A DNA stretch of 63,484 nt, counting the filler, from Rhabdomonas costata (taxonomy: Eukaryota): the NCBI GenBank assembly GCA_019059605.1. It is 43 parts of 43 records of this genome, joined end to end, with 100 filler letters (N's around TTAATTAATTAA, not from the genome) between each part and the next. Parts side by side here need not be neighbours in the genome. Positions count along the whole stretch, not along the records: positions 25,149 to 26,527 come from JAHMHO010017689.1; positions 26,628 to 28,006 come from JAHMHO010017690.1; positions 28,107 to 29,485 come from JAHMHO010017691.1; positions 29,586 to 30,957 come from JAHMHO010017692.1; positions 31,058 to 32,433 come from JAHMHO010017693.1; positions 32,534 to 33,912 come from JAHMHO010017694.1; positions 34,013 to 35,391 come from JAHMHO010017695.1; positions 35,492 to 36,864 come from JAHMHO010017696.1; 35 more parts are not named here. The stretch is one strand, 5' to 3'. The notes under the pieces were generated by a model, which made no database searches, was not told the DNA's origin, and saw only the letters and a program-made list of their open reading frames with translations. Positions 25,814 through 39,163 of the stretch are shown in pieces (position 1 is the first letter of the stretch; each line of letters starts with the position of its first letter). The translations under genes and the position numbers were made by a program.

Positions 25814-26122
25814 CCTATGGCGTTGTGCCTGTTCGGGGGCGAGTTGGCGGCGGGTGAGGCCCCGTTGGCCGAGGCCTTCCTGTTCCACTGCGCCTCGCGA
25901 GTTTGGCGGAGGCTGTCATGCACCGGCCTTCCCGGCCGCGCCGGGCACACCGCGCACGTGCACCAGGGCTCGGTGGTAGTGATCTTCGGGGGCCTGGGCT
26001 TGGAATCTAGTGAAGACGAAGCAGGAGGAAGAGGGGTTGTGGTGAAGAACACGCTGCTGCAGATCGAGCCTGGGGAGGACACCTGGACGGTTCTGTCACC
26101 CCAAGGCACTGTCTTGCCTGAG
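25814..26122 (+). CDS. Kelch-repeat protein exon
   Basis: LCLFGG...W...PGRAGHTAHVHQGSVVVIFGG...DTW; polypyrimidine-TAG acceptor and GT donor. Confidence 0.85.
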
Positions 26123-29100
26123 GTGTGAAGGGCTAAGCGGTGGGGGTGGCTGGAAGTCTGCTGGAGCCAGGAACAGGTGAAATGCTTCTCATGTTTTGTG
26201 GCTTTAAAAGTTTTTTAGAGTCTTTTAGAGTTTCAGTCTGGGAGCAGAGAAACATGTTTCCTTCATGCGAGGGGAGGGGGCATCCTGTGGCCTGTTATGA
26301 GGTGAGCTGGCACCCCTCTCATGATGCTCTATTTTTATGAGGAGCTATCGCTAACTCGAAACCAGCGTTTAGTGCCAGACAGTATCCGTACCATTGTTTA
26401 CCATTCGCACCCAGCTCAGTGTGTGCGTCTGTGCGTGTCCGTGTATGTGTGTGCGTGTATGTGTGTCGTGAAACCCAAGGCACGTGAAGCGTCACACCCA
26501 ATGGCGTCGCGCTTCTTACCAAACCCCNNNNNNNNNNNNNNNNNNNNNNNNNNNNNNNNNNNNNNNNNNNNTTAATTAATTAANNNNNNNNNNNNNNNNN
26601 NNNNNNNNNNNNNNNNNNNNNNNNNNNTGTGTTGGGTAATGCACCTTTGTTGTTGTACTGCCTGGTTTTGGCACTGCATTCGGTGACTTGTCAGCCTCGC
26701 GGGCATTAGATTCAACCCTGCGTAGGTTTAGGAGCTTACACAGCAGATTATGTTCTTTCAGTCTTTCGGCTTCCGTTTACTACTTTTGCGCCTCTGTCTA
26801 CCCTCTGTCTTTATGTGCTGAAACGTCGCGGGTTGGCACCCCTTTTGTGCTGGCATACCCTGTGTTGTCTTTCAACCTTGGTGCCTGCCACCTGGACTAC
26901 CTTGTGCGTGAGTCATGGCTTCATTCACAGCATCGTTGTAATTCCGCTGACAGGATGTTTTGATGGCCGTTCTTGATGCCGTGATGGCGCTTGTTTCATG
27001 ACATGTCGATTCCTCACATGGCCTCCCGAACGGTGAGCGGCACACGGGCTGGTGGACTGGAGCCTGCTTGTACGCTGAAGCTGTTCGACGTCGGCGAGCT
27101 GCACAAGATTACCGCAGAACTGGAGTCGCAGCAGCACCAGGTGGATGAGTTTCGAGCAAACGTCCTCCAAGTTAGTACAGAAGAAGCCGACGCTCGGTGG
27201 CGAATTGAGGTTTGCGCTCCTTGGATTGGCCCCGGTCAAACTGGGGGGGGGGGCACCAGTGGGGTTGTGCATTTCCCAGGGATGAGTTGAGAAAGGCGAA
27301 AGGTTTTGGGATGCGATGCCCGTGTGGTGCGAACAGATGATTTGCAGGCGGGTTCTGCTCAGAGGATTCACACACGTGCATGTGCGATGCTCGGCAACAT
27401 CAGCGCCCGTCAATGGACAGCGGTCACCTACAGCCAGTCAGGCAACAGCCAGCGCGCTATGCGCCCAACCCACACAACTCACCCTCCTCTAAATCGCATT
27501 GCTTTACAAGCACCCTGTTGGCTTTTGTGGCATAGAATGGCGGTTTGCAGTGAGCAGCAGCAGCGCAAGCACTCACCATGATTAACCTGCTTGGATGGTT
27601 CAGCAGGCTGAAATGATAAGCCCCCCTATCCCTTTCCCCCTATCCCTTTCACAATCCACCCCTTCGGTTCGAACGTTTTCGACAGGCAACTGAGGCCAGT
27701 GCCTTGCTTGAGCTTCGCCAATTCCAGTCTTCCGCGCTTCCCGAGGCACGCTCTGCAGAGCAAATGTCACAGTGGTACGCGGAGATGGCTAAGCGTGCAT
27801 GGCAGCAGGTTAAGTACTAGCGTGTGCTCATGTTTTTTTCTTGCTTTGACTTGCTGCTCCCCGCCGATGGACGCATGGGTACTTTCTTTTTCCTAGGGCA
27901 CCTTTTTTTTCTTGCCCTTCTCTTTCCCGTTTTTCCACTTCTCCTCCGTCTTTTTCTTTTGCGCACAGCATATACAAACATATACAAACTTATACACTGT
28001 CCCAGTNNNNNNNNNNNNNNNNNNNNNNNNNNNNNNNNNNNNNNNNNNNNTTAATTAATTAANNNNNNNNNNNNNNNNNNNNNNNNNNNNNNNNNNNNNN
28101 NNNNNNGTTTGTGTTGATTCGATAGATTTCCGGAACGGGGGCAGTGCTTCTGTAAATGCTTTCTTTTTGTTTGCTTTCAGCAGATTATCGACGTGAGCTG
28201 TGGCTGGGATTGCGTTTCCAATTTGTTTGTCAATCTCGTGAATGGACTGAGATTATGGTTTCCGGTAGCAGATGATACTAGTCATCGGTTGAGGCATTGG
28301 GGTCATTGCAAATTGCAAGGTGTCGGGGTCAGAGCACGTGATAAAACTGGGGGATTAAACAGAAGCAGAACTGTGTCCTCTCGACAAACCCAGCGTTTGT
28401 TTTCCTTCTTCAAAGGTTCATCGCTAGTCCATGAGATGTCGTGACACACATGGGTTCAGCTGTCCTTTTGTATTCACTTCGATTTGGATTTGCTCAGTTG
28501 GTGACGAGGAATTACTCTGCGCTGCAACTCTTATTTCTAATGGTGGGCAACGTTTGAAGGCAGGGACTAGAGGACTTCTTCTTGTTCACAGGAAGTTGGG
28601 ATTTTTATATAAGCTCTCTCCTTCCATTTTGTCTGGAACTTTTCTTGTCTTGTGTGTTGCATTCCGTGAAAAATCCCTCTGTGTGTTCCGTGAAAAATAG
28701 ACGATGCCTCCCACTACCACAGTTCAAGTGTCGAAAAGTGGGGCCCACGAATACCACGAAGTGGTGATCGTAGGTCTGTCTTTCTCAGCCAAGGCCATTT
28801 CTCATTTGTCTCATTTTGTCAGACCACCAGCGGAGAACCAACATCTTTTGGAAATCACTTGTCACATATTGAAAAGAACAAGAATGAAAAACTTAGATTA
28901 ACAAAAAGGGGGATGCCTGAGTGGTTTTTGCAGAAGGGCCGCCGAGCAAGTGTTGCACCACACGCATTGGGTTTGGTGGAAGAATTTCAGCTTCGTTGAC
29001 AAATTACAGTCATTTTGTGAAACTTTGGAGACATCCCACCTTTAGGTTTTTGACAGAGGTGTCTTGTGTTGGCTTTGAAAAAAGGACCCAGCCCAGCTCT

Positions 29101-29185
29101 CCTTCGGCTTTGGTCTTGACTTTTGCGTTTGGACTCCTTGTATAACCGCTCCCTCGCCGATCTGATGCTGCTCGTACTTCGATAG

Positions 29186-29289
29186 GGGACAATGGAGGGC
29201 AGGAGATGGAGAATGCGTGCGTGCTGCTGCACGATGCGATTCAGCTGCGGGCGAAGTACAAGCCGATCTCTCCCCTTGCGGAAGACGAG
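29186..29289 (+). CDS. Probable AMP deaminase N-terminal exon
   Basis: GDNGGQEMENACVLLHDAIQLRAKYKP resembles the AMPD helix ending in LRxKY; strong GAG/GTAAG donor; short match only. Confidence 0.45.
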
Positions 29290-29725
29290 GTAAGGAAACA
29301 CATCCACAACCCACCTCCATTGGTTTTTGCTGCGTTTAAGGTTCGAGGTTTACTAATTTCCCATTCCATCATCAGAACACCGTTACCGCAAAAAGGAATA
29401 CCCTGGATGAGTGGATGAGGGTACGATTTTGTTGGAGGGGGGGCAGGTAGGTGCTTGAGTTTATGGGAAATTTTAGGGGCGTGATNNNNNNNNNNNNNNN
29501 NNNNNNNNNNNNNNNNNNNNNNNNNNNNNTTAATTAATTAANNNNNNNNNNNNNNNNNNNNNNNNNNNNNNNNNNNNNNNNNNNNCCAGTGCTCCCTTCG
29601 GTGTTGCCTTTTCGAGAATCCACGTCACCGCACCTATTTTGCAGTCCTATTGCAGCTTCTGATCAAGTCCCAGGGTGAGGGTGCTTCTACACGCTCCTCC
29701 TCTTCCCCTCCCTAAAAACTCTCAA

Positions 29726-30552
29726 ATGGGCCTTCCCAAATGGCTGATGCTCGCCTTTTTGTTTGCCATGCTGGCGGCCGCTGAGCAGCTACCACGGTGC
29801 TACCGTGGAGTAGTAATCCACTTAGCGATGTCCCCAATCGAGGACTATACCACGCCCTCCGGGGAGGTGATCCCGGGATTCAAGAGTTGCGTCCGGCTGG
29901 GGGACGACGTGGAGGCCGACGCCATCCGCAACTGTTTCGACAAGGCCCAGGTCGGACCGCCTCACCCGCGTGTACTTCCTTCTAATCAACTGCTTGCAGG
30001 GGGCGATGGCCATGACCTGCGCCACACGCATGCCCACCCTATCGCACAACATTTCCTTGGTTCAGGCCAAGTTTCCTGCATCGAGGCCCAGGGTTACAGC
30101 GGACGTTTTTTCGGATCTGTCTTGGCTCGAATACTAGAAGTTTTTTGGAGGCCCCAAAGTTGCTCTGTGTTGGTCTTTTCGGGAGGTGGAGGTGCCCGTT
30201 TCTGACAGCGCCCCCTCTCGTGCCTTGAAACAAGTCCCTATTTGTCAAGGACCGTGTGGTTTTCCTCCACTCTTCTCAGACTAACGCGGTCCGGCTGTAC
30301 AAGGACGGGCTACTGATAGTCAATGCCTCCGGTCTAATCGCTGGAGCGGTGCGCTACAGCGCCGCCGCCGCGGCGGGGTGTGCCAGCGTTGCGGACTACT
30401 CCGGGAAGCTGATCCTGCCCGGGCTAATGGACTGCCACAACCACTTCCCTCAGATTGACATGGAGGGAGCCTTTGGGGGCGACCTAGTGGGGTGGCTGAC
30501 GGGGTTCACCTTCAAGACAGAGGCCCGATACATCGACCCCAACTACGCCAAG
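29726..30552 (+). CDS. guaD: Guanine deaminase (amidohydrolase family) with N-terminal signal peptide; exons 29726-29950, possibly 30000-30065, and 30280-30552; 3' part absent
   Basis: YRGVVIH..SP; VRLYKDGLLIV; DYSGKLILPGLMDCHNHFPQ (metal-binding HxH); GAFGGDLVGWLTGFTFKTEARYIDPNYA. Confidence 0.85.
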
Positions 30553-31199
30553 GCATTGCCCACTGTGAAGGCGGGGGGAGGGGAGGGGAGTGGTGTTCCA
30601 AAGGTGCTTTGGATTTATGCCACAAAGCTGCCAGCAGTGTCAAGACAACTGGTACATCCTCCAAGAGAATCCAACCATGTAGTGTATAATAACGTGCAGT
30701 CCTAACGTTTCCATTTGTCGAAGTGGGTGTTGCAGAAGTGATGTACTTCCGGGAGGTGCTTGTTGCTTGCAACCTGGAAACTTGCCGTGAATTGCTTGGG
30801 AGGCAAAAAAAAAAGATTCGAGAAGTTTCTGGCAGTTCGACCAGCAGTTGGGATTGTGTCGGCGTCAGAAGTTGGTGAAAGGGAGTGCTGCCTTGGTTCT
30901 GGTGGTTTAAGCGGTTCAGGAACACCGCGAGCCAAGGCAGCACTCCCTTTCACCAACNNNNNNNNNNNNNNNNNNNNNNNNNNNNNNNNNNNNNNNNNNN
31001 NTTAATTAATTAANNNNNNNNNNNNNNNNNNNNNNNNNNNNNNNNNNNNNNNNNNNNTGTGGGGTGTGACCCGATAGGTTTGGGCTCGCGTGCGCGTTTA
31101 TTCCCGTTTACTCTGCCTGTGCATTAATAGCGCGCGCTAATGTGTCTTTTCCATCCCTTAAGTGTGTGTGGGCAACGCTGGTGTTTTTTGTCCTCGCAG

Positions 31200-31744
31200 T
31201 TTCTCAGGATGGTCCGGATGGTTGTGGTGGACGAGGCCGATGAGCTCCTCGGTATCGAGTATTGAAGGAAGGGGGGAAGCTGAAGCTGACTTTAGAGAGA
31301 AAGGGGGAAAAGCGACCTGGAGGAGACGTCACCCCAATGATGGGTTCGCCATTTTATAAAAAAGTACCGTGACTGTGCGTGCGAATGCAGCGGGGTTCTA
31401 AGCGTTTTTTTTCGGCCAAGAAGTACAATCATCCAGGGAGGGGGGCCTCTGTGTGGAATTCGTGATTACCACGGGCTGCACTAGACTGTGTTTCGATTTT
31501 TCAAAAAAGAGTAAAATACCAAAAATATACTAAAAAAAAAAAGAGTAAATAAAGGCTTGAACGTCACGTATATGCGTATATGTAGTGATCTGACTCGGCA
31601 CTCTCAGGACGGAAGGAGTCTCAGGCGTTCGAGGTGCTCACGAGGGCGTGTCCGAAAGAGGCCCAGGTGGTCTTCGCCTCCGCGACGTGGGCCTACCCTC
31701 GCAGCAACGAGAGAGCGCGGGAGCTGTGCGGAAGCCTTTATCAG
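31200..31744 (+). CDS. DEAD-box RNA helicase, exons 31200-31251 and 31608-31744
   Basis: VRMVVVDEADELL (motif II) splices in phase to ..CPKEAQVVFASATW (motif III); not recovered in the ORF track. Confidence 0.88.
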
Positions 31745-32533
31745 GTCTGCAGTACGCACACATGCACACACACATGTTATGGAATGTGACTTTCGAATCG
31801 CTCACCGTTCTTGGAAAAGCTAACAAACGCTCACGGTACACACACATACAGACATCTGTCCAGCAGCCTTCCACCCAGTCATCCATATATCATTCGTTCA
31901 CCAACCAAAACTTGGCGATGCTCCAGACAGATCTTCGATGAACGCTGTCCTTCCGGAAGGGCAGTGAACGGCAAATGGGCAATGGGTCTAAGCACCTCTT
32001 TTGCCAAGCAGACAAGTCGCAAGCACTTCTTGCAGAGATATGAGGTAATAGCTCCGTCACAGCCGCCGCCACGGCATCTTTGCACACGTCCGATGAACAC
32101 ACATCGGTCAGCATGATGGACCAGAAGGGTTGGGAATTTGGGAGGGAGTGGGGGACTCCTCGGCACTGACTGAGTGTAGGAGGGTGTGTGAGGGCAATGG
32201 GCGATGAGGGCCAAGCGTGGCGGTGAATGGCCCCAGAGCAGAATGAACAGTCCTTTTATGGTACTCAGATGCTGGAGTGGAAAGCTAAGCTTAGCTTAGT
32301 AGTATGAGGCTCGATCCGCAACCACCGCAAAAACAAAGTTGTACTCAAACCTCCCCCCACCCTTACGCACTGACCGCCGGGGGGATAAGGTCTTCGTCCG
32401 GAGCTGTGGGCAAGGGGTGACGGCACCAACAACNNNNNNNNNNNNNNNNNNNNNNNNNNNNNNNNNNNNNNNNNNNNTTAATTAATTAANNNNNNNNNNN
32501 NNNNNNNNNNNNNNNNNNNNNNNNNNNNNNNNN

Positions 32534-33361
32534 GATGGGGAATGCCTTGGTGGCGGGGCATTGGTCCCGGCGAACGCACTCCACGCCTTTGGCGTCCAGC
32601 CTGGGGGCATCCTTCTGGTCCGGGGAGTCCCATGCATAGCCCACGTAGCGCTTCTTCGTGACCAGGAAACACGGCTGAAAGACCTTCTCGAGCTTCAGCC
32701 GCAGCGGGGTAGGGTTGGCCGCGGTCACCGCGGCGGCGATCTGCTTGCCCACGGCAAAGGCCCTGACATGCCGCCACCAGATCCCCCCCCCTCTATCACA
32801 TTGCCCGTTGTCTTTCGATGCCCGGTGCCCTTCCCGTCGTCACATCAACTTCCCCTAAAGAAAACTCGTTTCGTAGGGACTGCGGGCAAACACTGCATTT
32901 TGGGGGCACACGGCACATCCCTTCCAACACAAAAAGAAGCGCTCCGCAGGTCTGTATTATTGGGCCCTATTGCCGTTTTATTGCCGTTATATTGCCGTTT
33001 TATTGCCGTTCTATTGCCGTTCTATTGCCGTTTTCCACTCTCCCCGCTCTTTGAGCACAGGACGATGAGAACCCTGGAGCATAAAGAAAGCACGAGCGGA
33101 AAGGAAGAATGAACATTCGCACAACAGCGTCGGTGAGTGAATGAGTAAGTGAGCGAGTGTGTACGTGAAGGGATAGGAGTTGTTGCAGCGACCTCTGGCG
33201 TGTGGGGAAACCCCGCAGGTGGACAAACAGGGAGTCCGTGTCGCCGTAGACCACCTCAGCGTCCCACTCCGGAGTGTGCCCCACCAGGGCCATCGCGCGC
33301 TCCAAGGTGTTGCGCGCAAACAGCACAATCGCGTCCGCAATATCCGAGCACGGCATCCGTC
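32534..33361 (-). CDS. REV3: DNA polymerase zeta catalytic subunit, exons 33361-33193 and 32762-32534
   Basis: GRMPCSDIADAIV..ARNTLERA, VVYGDTDSLFV, LKLEKVFQPCFLVTKKRYVG, LDAKGVECVRRDQCPAT; GRMPC and NPxPxxLKxEK are zeta-type; phase-2 GT-AG intron. Confidence 0.95.
32968..33033. repeat. Minisatellite TATTGCCGTT(T/A/C) x6 in the REV3 intron
   Basis: Six consecutive 11-nt units. Confidence 0.95.
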
Positions 33362-35834
33362 CTAAAGAATCACAACAAGAGCAGAACTAAAGCCGAAGAA
33401 GAACAAGATCCGCCGTCGACTTTGCTTTGTTTTTATAATTTTGCTTTTTCCGGCCGAGGTCTGATGAGGTTCTTGAGATCCCTAGAATCACACATTGAAG
33501 CGCAGTTTCAATGCCTTAAGTGGCCCTTCCGCTCTGCGGTCACGCACTCTGGCTCTTTTTCTGCCTCACATCACGCAAATACACATGTCTCCGGAGAGAA
33601 AGGAGGATTGGGCGGGAATGGGAGGTGGCCCGCAGACCTCAGACATTATCCATCCATCCACCGCACTGAGCTGGGTGTGAAGAGTGAACAATGGAACGGA
33701 TACTATCAGGCACCGAAGTCGGCTCGAATCCATATCATGGCCTAACACGCGGGTCTCGATTAGGCGTTAGAATGAAGGCAACTCTATGGCCCCCAACCCC
33801 TGCGGAACATGGGGGCCAGCATGCCTGGAGATGACGGAGTCTCGAGCAGTCGCGAGATTTAAGACTTAAGATGATGACTGAGGAAGGTCTATCTCTCTCC
33901 CACAAAACCCCCNNNNNNNNNNNNNNNNNNNNNNNNNNNNNNNNNNNNNNNNNNNNTTAATTAATTAANNNNNNNNNNNNNNNNNNNNNNNNNNNNNNNN
34001 NNNNNNNNNNNNGGGTTGTTGGGAAAGTTGGAAGGCATCTGCTCTTCTCAAACTTGCCCAACACCGTCTCTCAAACACACTCCCAATCGCCTTCGTTACA
34101 GATGGGCGGGTACGGTGAGAACGCTGCACGAGAAGGGGTTGGGGGGTGACGAAAAAGAAGAAGTAGAGGGGGAAGAACATTATCAAATGACACCGAACCG
34201 TGCCACCATCCACAGTCATGGTGGACATGAAGGGGTGGGTCATGATGTCACCGTGTTGGTGCTCGAGTTGTTCTTCTGCTGTCCGGCATCAAACCCCACG
34301 TGCTCCCGCCTGTTCTGACATTGGTGTGGGTCTTCTCGACCCTCCCTCATTCTTGAGCTGAATGACAGGTGGTGGCGGTCAGCGGTGGGTCACATTTTGA
34401 GCGGCATCAGGAAAAACTTCAATATTATGAAAAAAAAAAAAGCCCCTCCCCCAGGGGGCGGGGAATTCCCCAAGTTGGATGGCATCACTACCGCATTGTG
34501 AGCGAATCTACCGGATCGCCAGCACTCACCGACCGCCACATTAATACCGATACTCGCAAGGAAAAAGGATAAGAAAAGAAAAGACGTCAATGACGACTTT
34601 CACGGCTTCGGCCCCACTTGGCATTTCCCAACTGCTTCGGCCAAGTGCGCCCGCGAAGAGCCAGAGGTAGCATCCCCAAAGCTGAAAGTTCACGACACAC
34701 AAACCAGCAATTATGTACACAGTGCCGTGAATCGTTTTTTCGCCTATTCTTTTCTCTCTCGTCTTTTTGAGAAATAAAAAGGAGGCCGATCCTCTCCACC
34801 CATTCCCTCAGCACATTGCTGAGGACCACCAGCGCGCGGTTGCGGACTGGGTTGTCGACGGGTGCAGACGCGCAAACATGTGCACCACGAAAAAACTTGA
34901 TAATGGGCACTGCACCAGGGGAGAGTGGCGGGGAAATGGAGAAGGGGGGATTCCCGCAACCCCGAGAACAACAACAGGAGCACGCACCCCTCTGAAGGTC
35001 AAAAGTTGTGGCATCCCCCGCGGGGAGAGGATCCGGAGCCAGACACCTGCACGAGCTTCAAACGATAGTGAACTCAACGTACGTGCTCACGGGTGAGCAG
35101 AGTCGGGCTTGAGTCCTGTGGTTGCAGGAAACGTTTTGCTGGACTTGGGGGTAGTTATGTATGCTCGACCTTTTTTTAGACTCCAAAGACAAATTGCTGA
35201 GGTCCTGATTTTGATTTCTTCGTTTGATGGGGAGAATGGGGGGAGGATGGTCTCTCGGGGTAGTGCGGGCAGTGCGGGGTAGTGCACCAACTAATGCAAC
35301 TTTTCCGATCAAGTTACTCACGCAGGTGACTGGGCTCACATCTCCCTTGGCTTCGCTGACCCTTCACACCTCGAAAAAATAAACAAACACANNNNNNNNN
35401 NNNNNNNNNNNNNNNNNNNNNNNNNNNNNNNNNNNTTAATTAATTAANNNNNNNNNNNNNNNNNNNNNNNNNNNNNNNNNNNNNNNNNNNNTTTGTTTGG
35501 GTGTGGTGTGTTTGGTTTGGGTTGTTTGAAGTGGGTGAGAAGGAGGGGGTTGGGGTGGACGAGGGAGTATTAGTCGCCGCGGATGCGGATCGCTGTGGAC
35601 GGGGCTGAGGGTGAAGCCAACATGCATTGCCTGAGAAAAAATGCGACCATCGTTCTTGTAGGCCGAGACAGAATGCCGAAGAAAGAATCCTGCAAAACAG
35701 AATCAGGGAATCTGCTTCAGCCCGAGGATTTGCTCTTTTTCCCGATGCACCACCCGTCGTTGTCATCTATGAGGAATATCCTTTCCTGCGCACACTTAAA
35801 AAAAAACACGCGAGCACCACCTAGCAAAACTCGT

Positions 35835-35965
35835 CCTCCGTGACCATGAAAGCCTCGGTGGGGTCCAGGGGTATCGTCTTCAACAACGGAATGGACTCGG
35901 GGGGGTGCATAGGGGTGCGTGGGGGTGCATAGCACACCCAGCAAGATAAGGAGAGCCCACTTCAT
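35835..35965 (-). CDS. Possible first exon of a secreted protein (3' end approximate)
   Basis: AAAATG start; MKWALLILLGVLCTPTHP is signal-peptide-like; no family recognised. Confidence 0.35.
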
Positions 35966-37315
35966 TTTGGAGGAGAGCACAAAAAAGAAAACCACACAGC
36001 CTTTCGGTCACCCACCGAGCACGTACATTAAGAAAAACCGCAACAAGAAACACACATACACACAATAACAAACAACTAGAACTGAGTGGAGGAAACACTG
36101 GATGGGCATTTGAAAATGGGATTCGCATTCAACAGCGGACGCTGGGCAACAGTAATTCTCCGGCAGGGCGTCTAGCTTCTCACAGAATAGGGTAGAACAC
36201 ACCTGCATACTCAGAAAAGGGTATGCGAGCAGTTTTCCATTCGGAGTCTTTTTACCCTATAAATTTATGTGGTCTGGGCACATTATGTGCAATAACCCGA
36301 AAGGTTTCCCGGGGTGGAGGACGACCTAATGGAGAAGTGAAGAAATGAAAAGAAAACGAATACGCCAACGGCAAGGATTTTTTTTTTGATAGTTCCATAT
36401 TTCGGCTTGTTGTTTGTGTGGATTCTGTGGCCGGCTGCTTTTGGAAAGGGAATGAAATGTTCAGATTTGAACCCAGCCATATGTTGTGGTGCACATTCGG
36501 GCACTGCACTTTAAACAGCACGATGCACCGTGCTGTAGCACTCTTACCCTGCGGTAAAGAGGATGTTGCCTGTGAAAGAAAGGCGTGCATGCAACGGAAG
36601 CTTCTGATGGAGAAGAAGACGGGCGTGCACCCAAACAGATGACCGAGCGTAGGCAGATGTGCAGTATACGAGGGCCGTTCATGCGTGACTTGGCATATGT
36701 CAATGTTATGCTGCGATCACGTCGGTCCGTGGCCACAAGTCGGCGAAGTTTTGTGAACCACCCAAATTCACTCCCTGGGTATGCCTAATTTTTTTTAATT
36801 TGGCTAAGTTATCGGATGGGATTAGGTGCGTACTGCCCGTCACCCCTTCCGCATACCCCAAACCNNNNNNNNNNNNNNNNNNNNNNNNNNNNNNNNNNNN
36901 NNNNNNNNTTAATTAATTAANNNNNNNNNNNNNNNNNNNNNNNNNNNNNNNNNNNNNNNNNNNNGGTGTGTGTTACCGTATTACCGTGTTACCGTTTATC
37001 CTAATAAAATGCAGTTTTCTGGGCTGCTGTTTTGCATTTACCCAGGAAAGTTTTTGGGTTGCTCAATGGTCGGATTTCCCCCACCCTCGCTCTAAGTTCA
37101 CCGTGACTTTAATTTGCAGAAGCAACCCATCACACCAAGGAGAATGGTGGTGTTAAAGAAGGCGTTCAAGTCCTGTAGAAGGCGGGCACGGGCCCACACC
37201 TGTCCCACAACCTGAAACACACACACACATAGTTTGGTGGCGAAACTTTGAATGGCTCCTGGGGACACGCACACACACACACATTCACTCAATCACTCGT
37301 TCGCTCACACGCATT

Positions 37316-37396
37316 CTGCACTTGGCCAGGGTGAGTTTTTTCCCAGGAACACTCGCAGTCCACTTCCCCCTGTAGACTCCTACCCTCGATGGGGAG
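37316..37396 (+). repeat. Dispersed repeat, copy 1 (copy 2 at 46910-46990)
   Basis: 57/81 nt ungapped identity by manual alignment. Confidence 0.75.
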
Positions 37397-39163
37397 GTCT
37401 CACTTCCTGCTATGTCCGCTCTGCGCCTCACTATCTCACGATGCTCTCCCCTGCGTTTCAGGGTTGGCACTAGAAGAGGCAAGTGCTGCGCCCGACTCCT
37501 TCCAAGCGTGCATAAATAGCTCCAACAAAAACCAAGGAACCGGAGATGCACCCGACACATACCGAAATCGAGGACAGAGCCTGGCACCCGATAGTGCCGT
37601 ACAGGGACATCCCGTGGGCCAGCCCGACCTCCACTGTAAATTGGTGGCGGCCCGCCAGACTGGTCAGCCGTACCGCCGTCTCGCAGGCCTGCAGCACAGG
37701 ACGGCAGAGCAGAAGGTGTGGCTGGTTGCTCGACGCCAATCCCCACCCACAGGCATCCAACGTTCAGGTGGATGCCTGTGGGTGCTGACCCGGGGTTCAC
37801 ATCGGAGAAATATCACAGACAATACAGAAAGGTCGTCGAGGGAGGCTCTTTTGCATATCAGCAGTCCTACCGAGAGGATGCGCAGCCGGTCCTTGGCCTC
37901 AGGATTTCCTGACCAATCACCCTCCGCCGTTGGTGGTGTCCCGCAGACAACTGCAGGGGGTCAATCAAGCTCTGGCCGGCGACTAAAGGGGATAAGGTGA
38001 CAACGTACTGGTGTGTTTCGAGCATTTCCCTTCCGAGCATTCCCGCACGCCATTCACCCCTCTCCGCAGCCCTCCAACAAACATCTCATGATGGGCGTGA
38101 ACCCCATGGACTCCACACCGCTCATGCATGACCGCGCCGCACCTGCTCGCTACCATAGGTCTTCTTAAATCCTCAGAACGGTCAGAAAGGTGAAAGAAAA
38201 CAAAGGTGCCATCCACAGCCAACCACCCAAAACCACCACCATACCGCACAGTGGAAGAAAAGCCCCAACCTTTCCCAACTTTCCCAACCCACCACTCTCT
38301 GACTCACCCGCAGGCGGGACCCACACACCCACACACACCCACCACNNNNNNNNNNNNNNNNNNNNNNNNNNNNNNNNNNNNNNNNNNNNTTAATTAATTA
38401 ANNNNNNNNNNNNNNNNNNNNNNNNNNNNNNNNNNNNNNNNNNNNGGGTTGTTGGTTTCTCCGGGTCGAGAAAATCTGCTAAGTGGGCACGCCCCCAGAA
38501 GATCTGCCTGCTCATTTCGGGACTCTCTTCGACCATCCAGTGGCCTCTTTTTTGATATGGGTGCCCAACGTTCCCGAGGTTCTCAGTTGTTGCTTGTGCG
38601 CGAAACGTCCCGTGCCGTCTTTTGTTTCACACACACACACTCTCACTCTCCATCTGCTCTGGTCCACATCGGTGATGTGGCATGCTTGGACGCAGCTATA
38701 GAGTCTTTCTTCTCAACGGCGTTTCCCCATTCCCTGCTAAATACGTCCCATCCCATCATATCCCAACTCACACGTCGGCTTTGATACTGTAAGATTCTGC
38801 AGACCCCGCCCATCCTTTGTTCCCTTTCTTGCTGCAAACTCGAACCGAAGTGCTGAGCCCTGTTGCGATTGTGCCTTGCCAAGACTTGCCCATCCTTTAT
38901 GCAGGCGACTCCCTTTGCTAGGAAGACGCTTTGTTTCTGCGCTTCAACCCGGGCGCTGCGATCATTCATCCAGTCTGGTTTCGGGTCAAGACCGCCTCAG
39001 AGCTGTAGATATTGGAAGATGGGCGGGGGGGGGGGGATCGGCGAACGGTTTTTGCTAACAAAGGCCAGCTCGGTGCTGCTCCTGCCAAGACAGGCTCAAC
39101 AAATGATGAGGTTGGTGGTTGGCTTCCGTGTGTGGTTGGCAGGGGCTTTGGGAAGACAAAACA

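Noticed and set aside
3440-33740. GTTCGAA/T-loop-like words near 3451, 19898, 27667 and 33722 as tRNA genes
   Set aside because: No cloverleaf or acceptor stem can be built around them
34780-34909. PVRNRALVVLSNVLREWVER resembling a RasGEF N-terminal helix
   Set aside because: Probably an exon, but too short to assign a family
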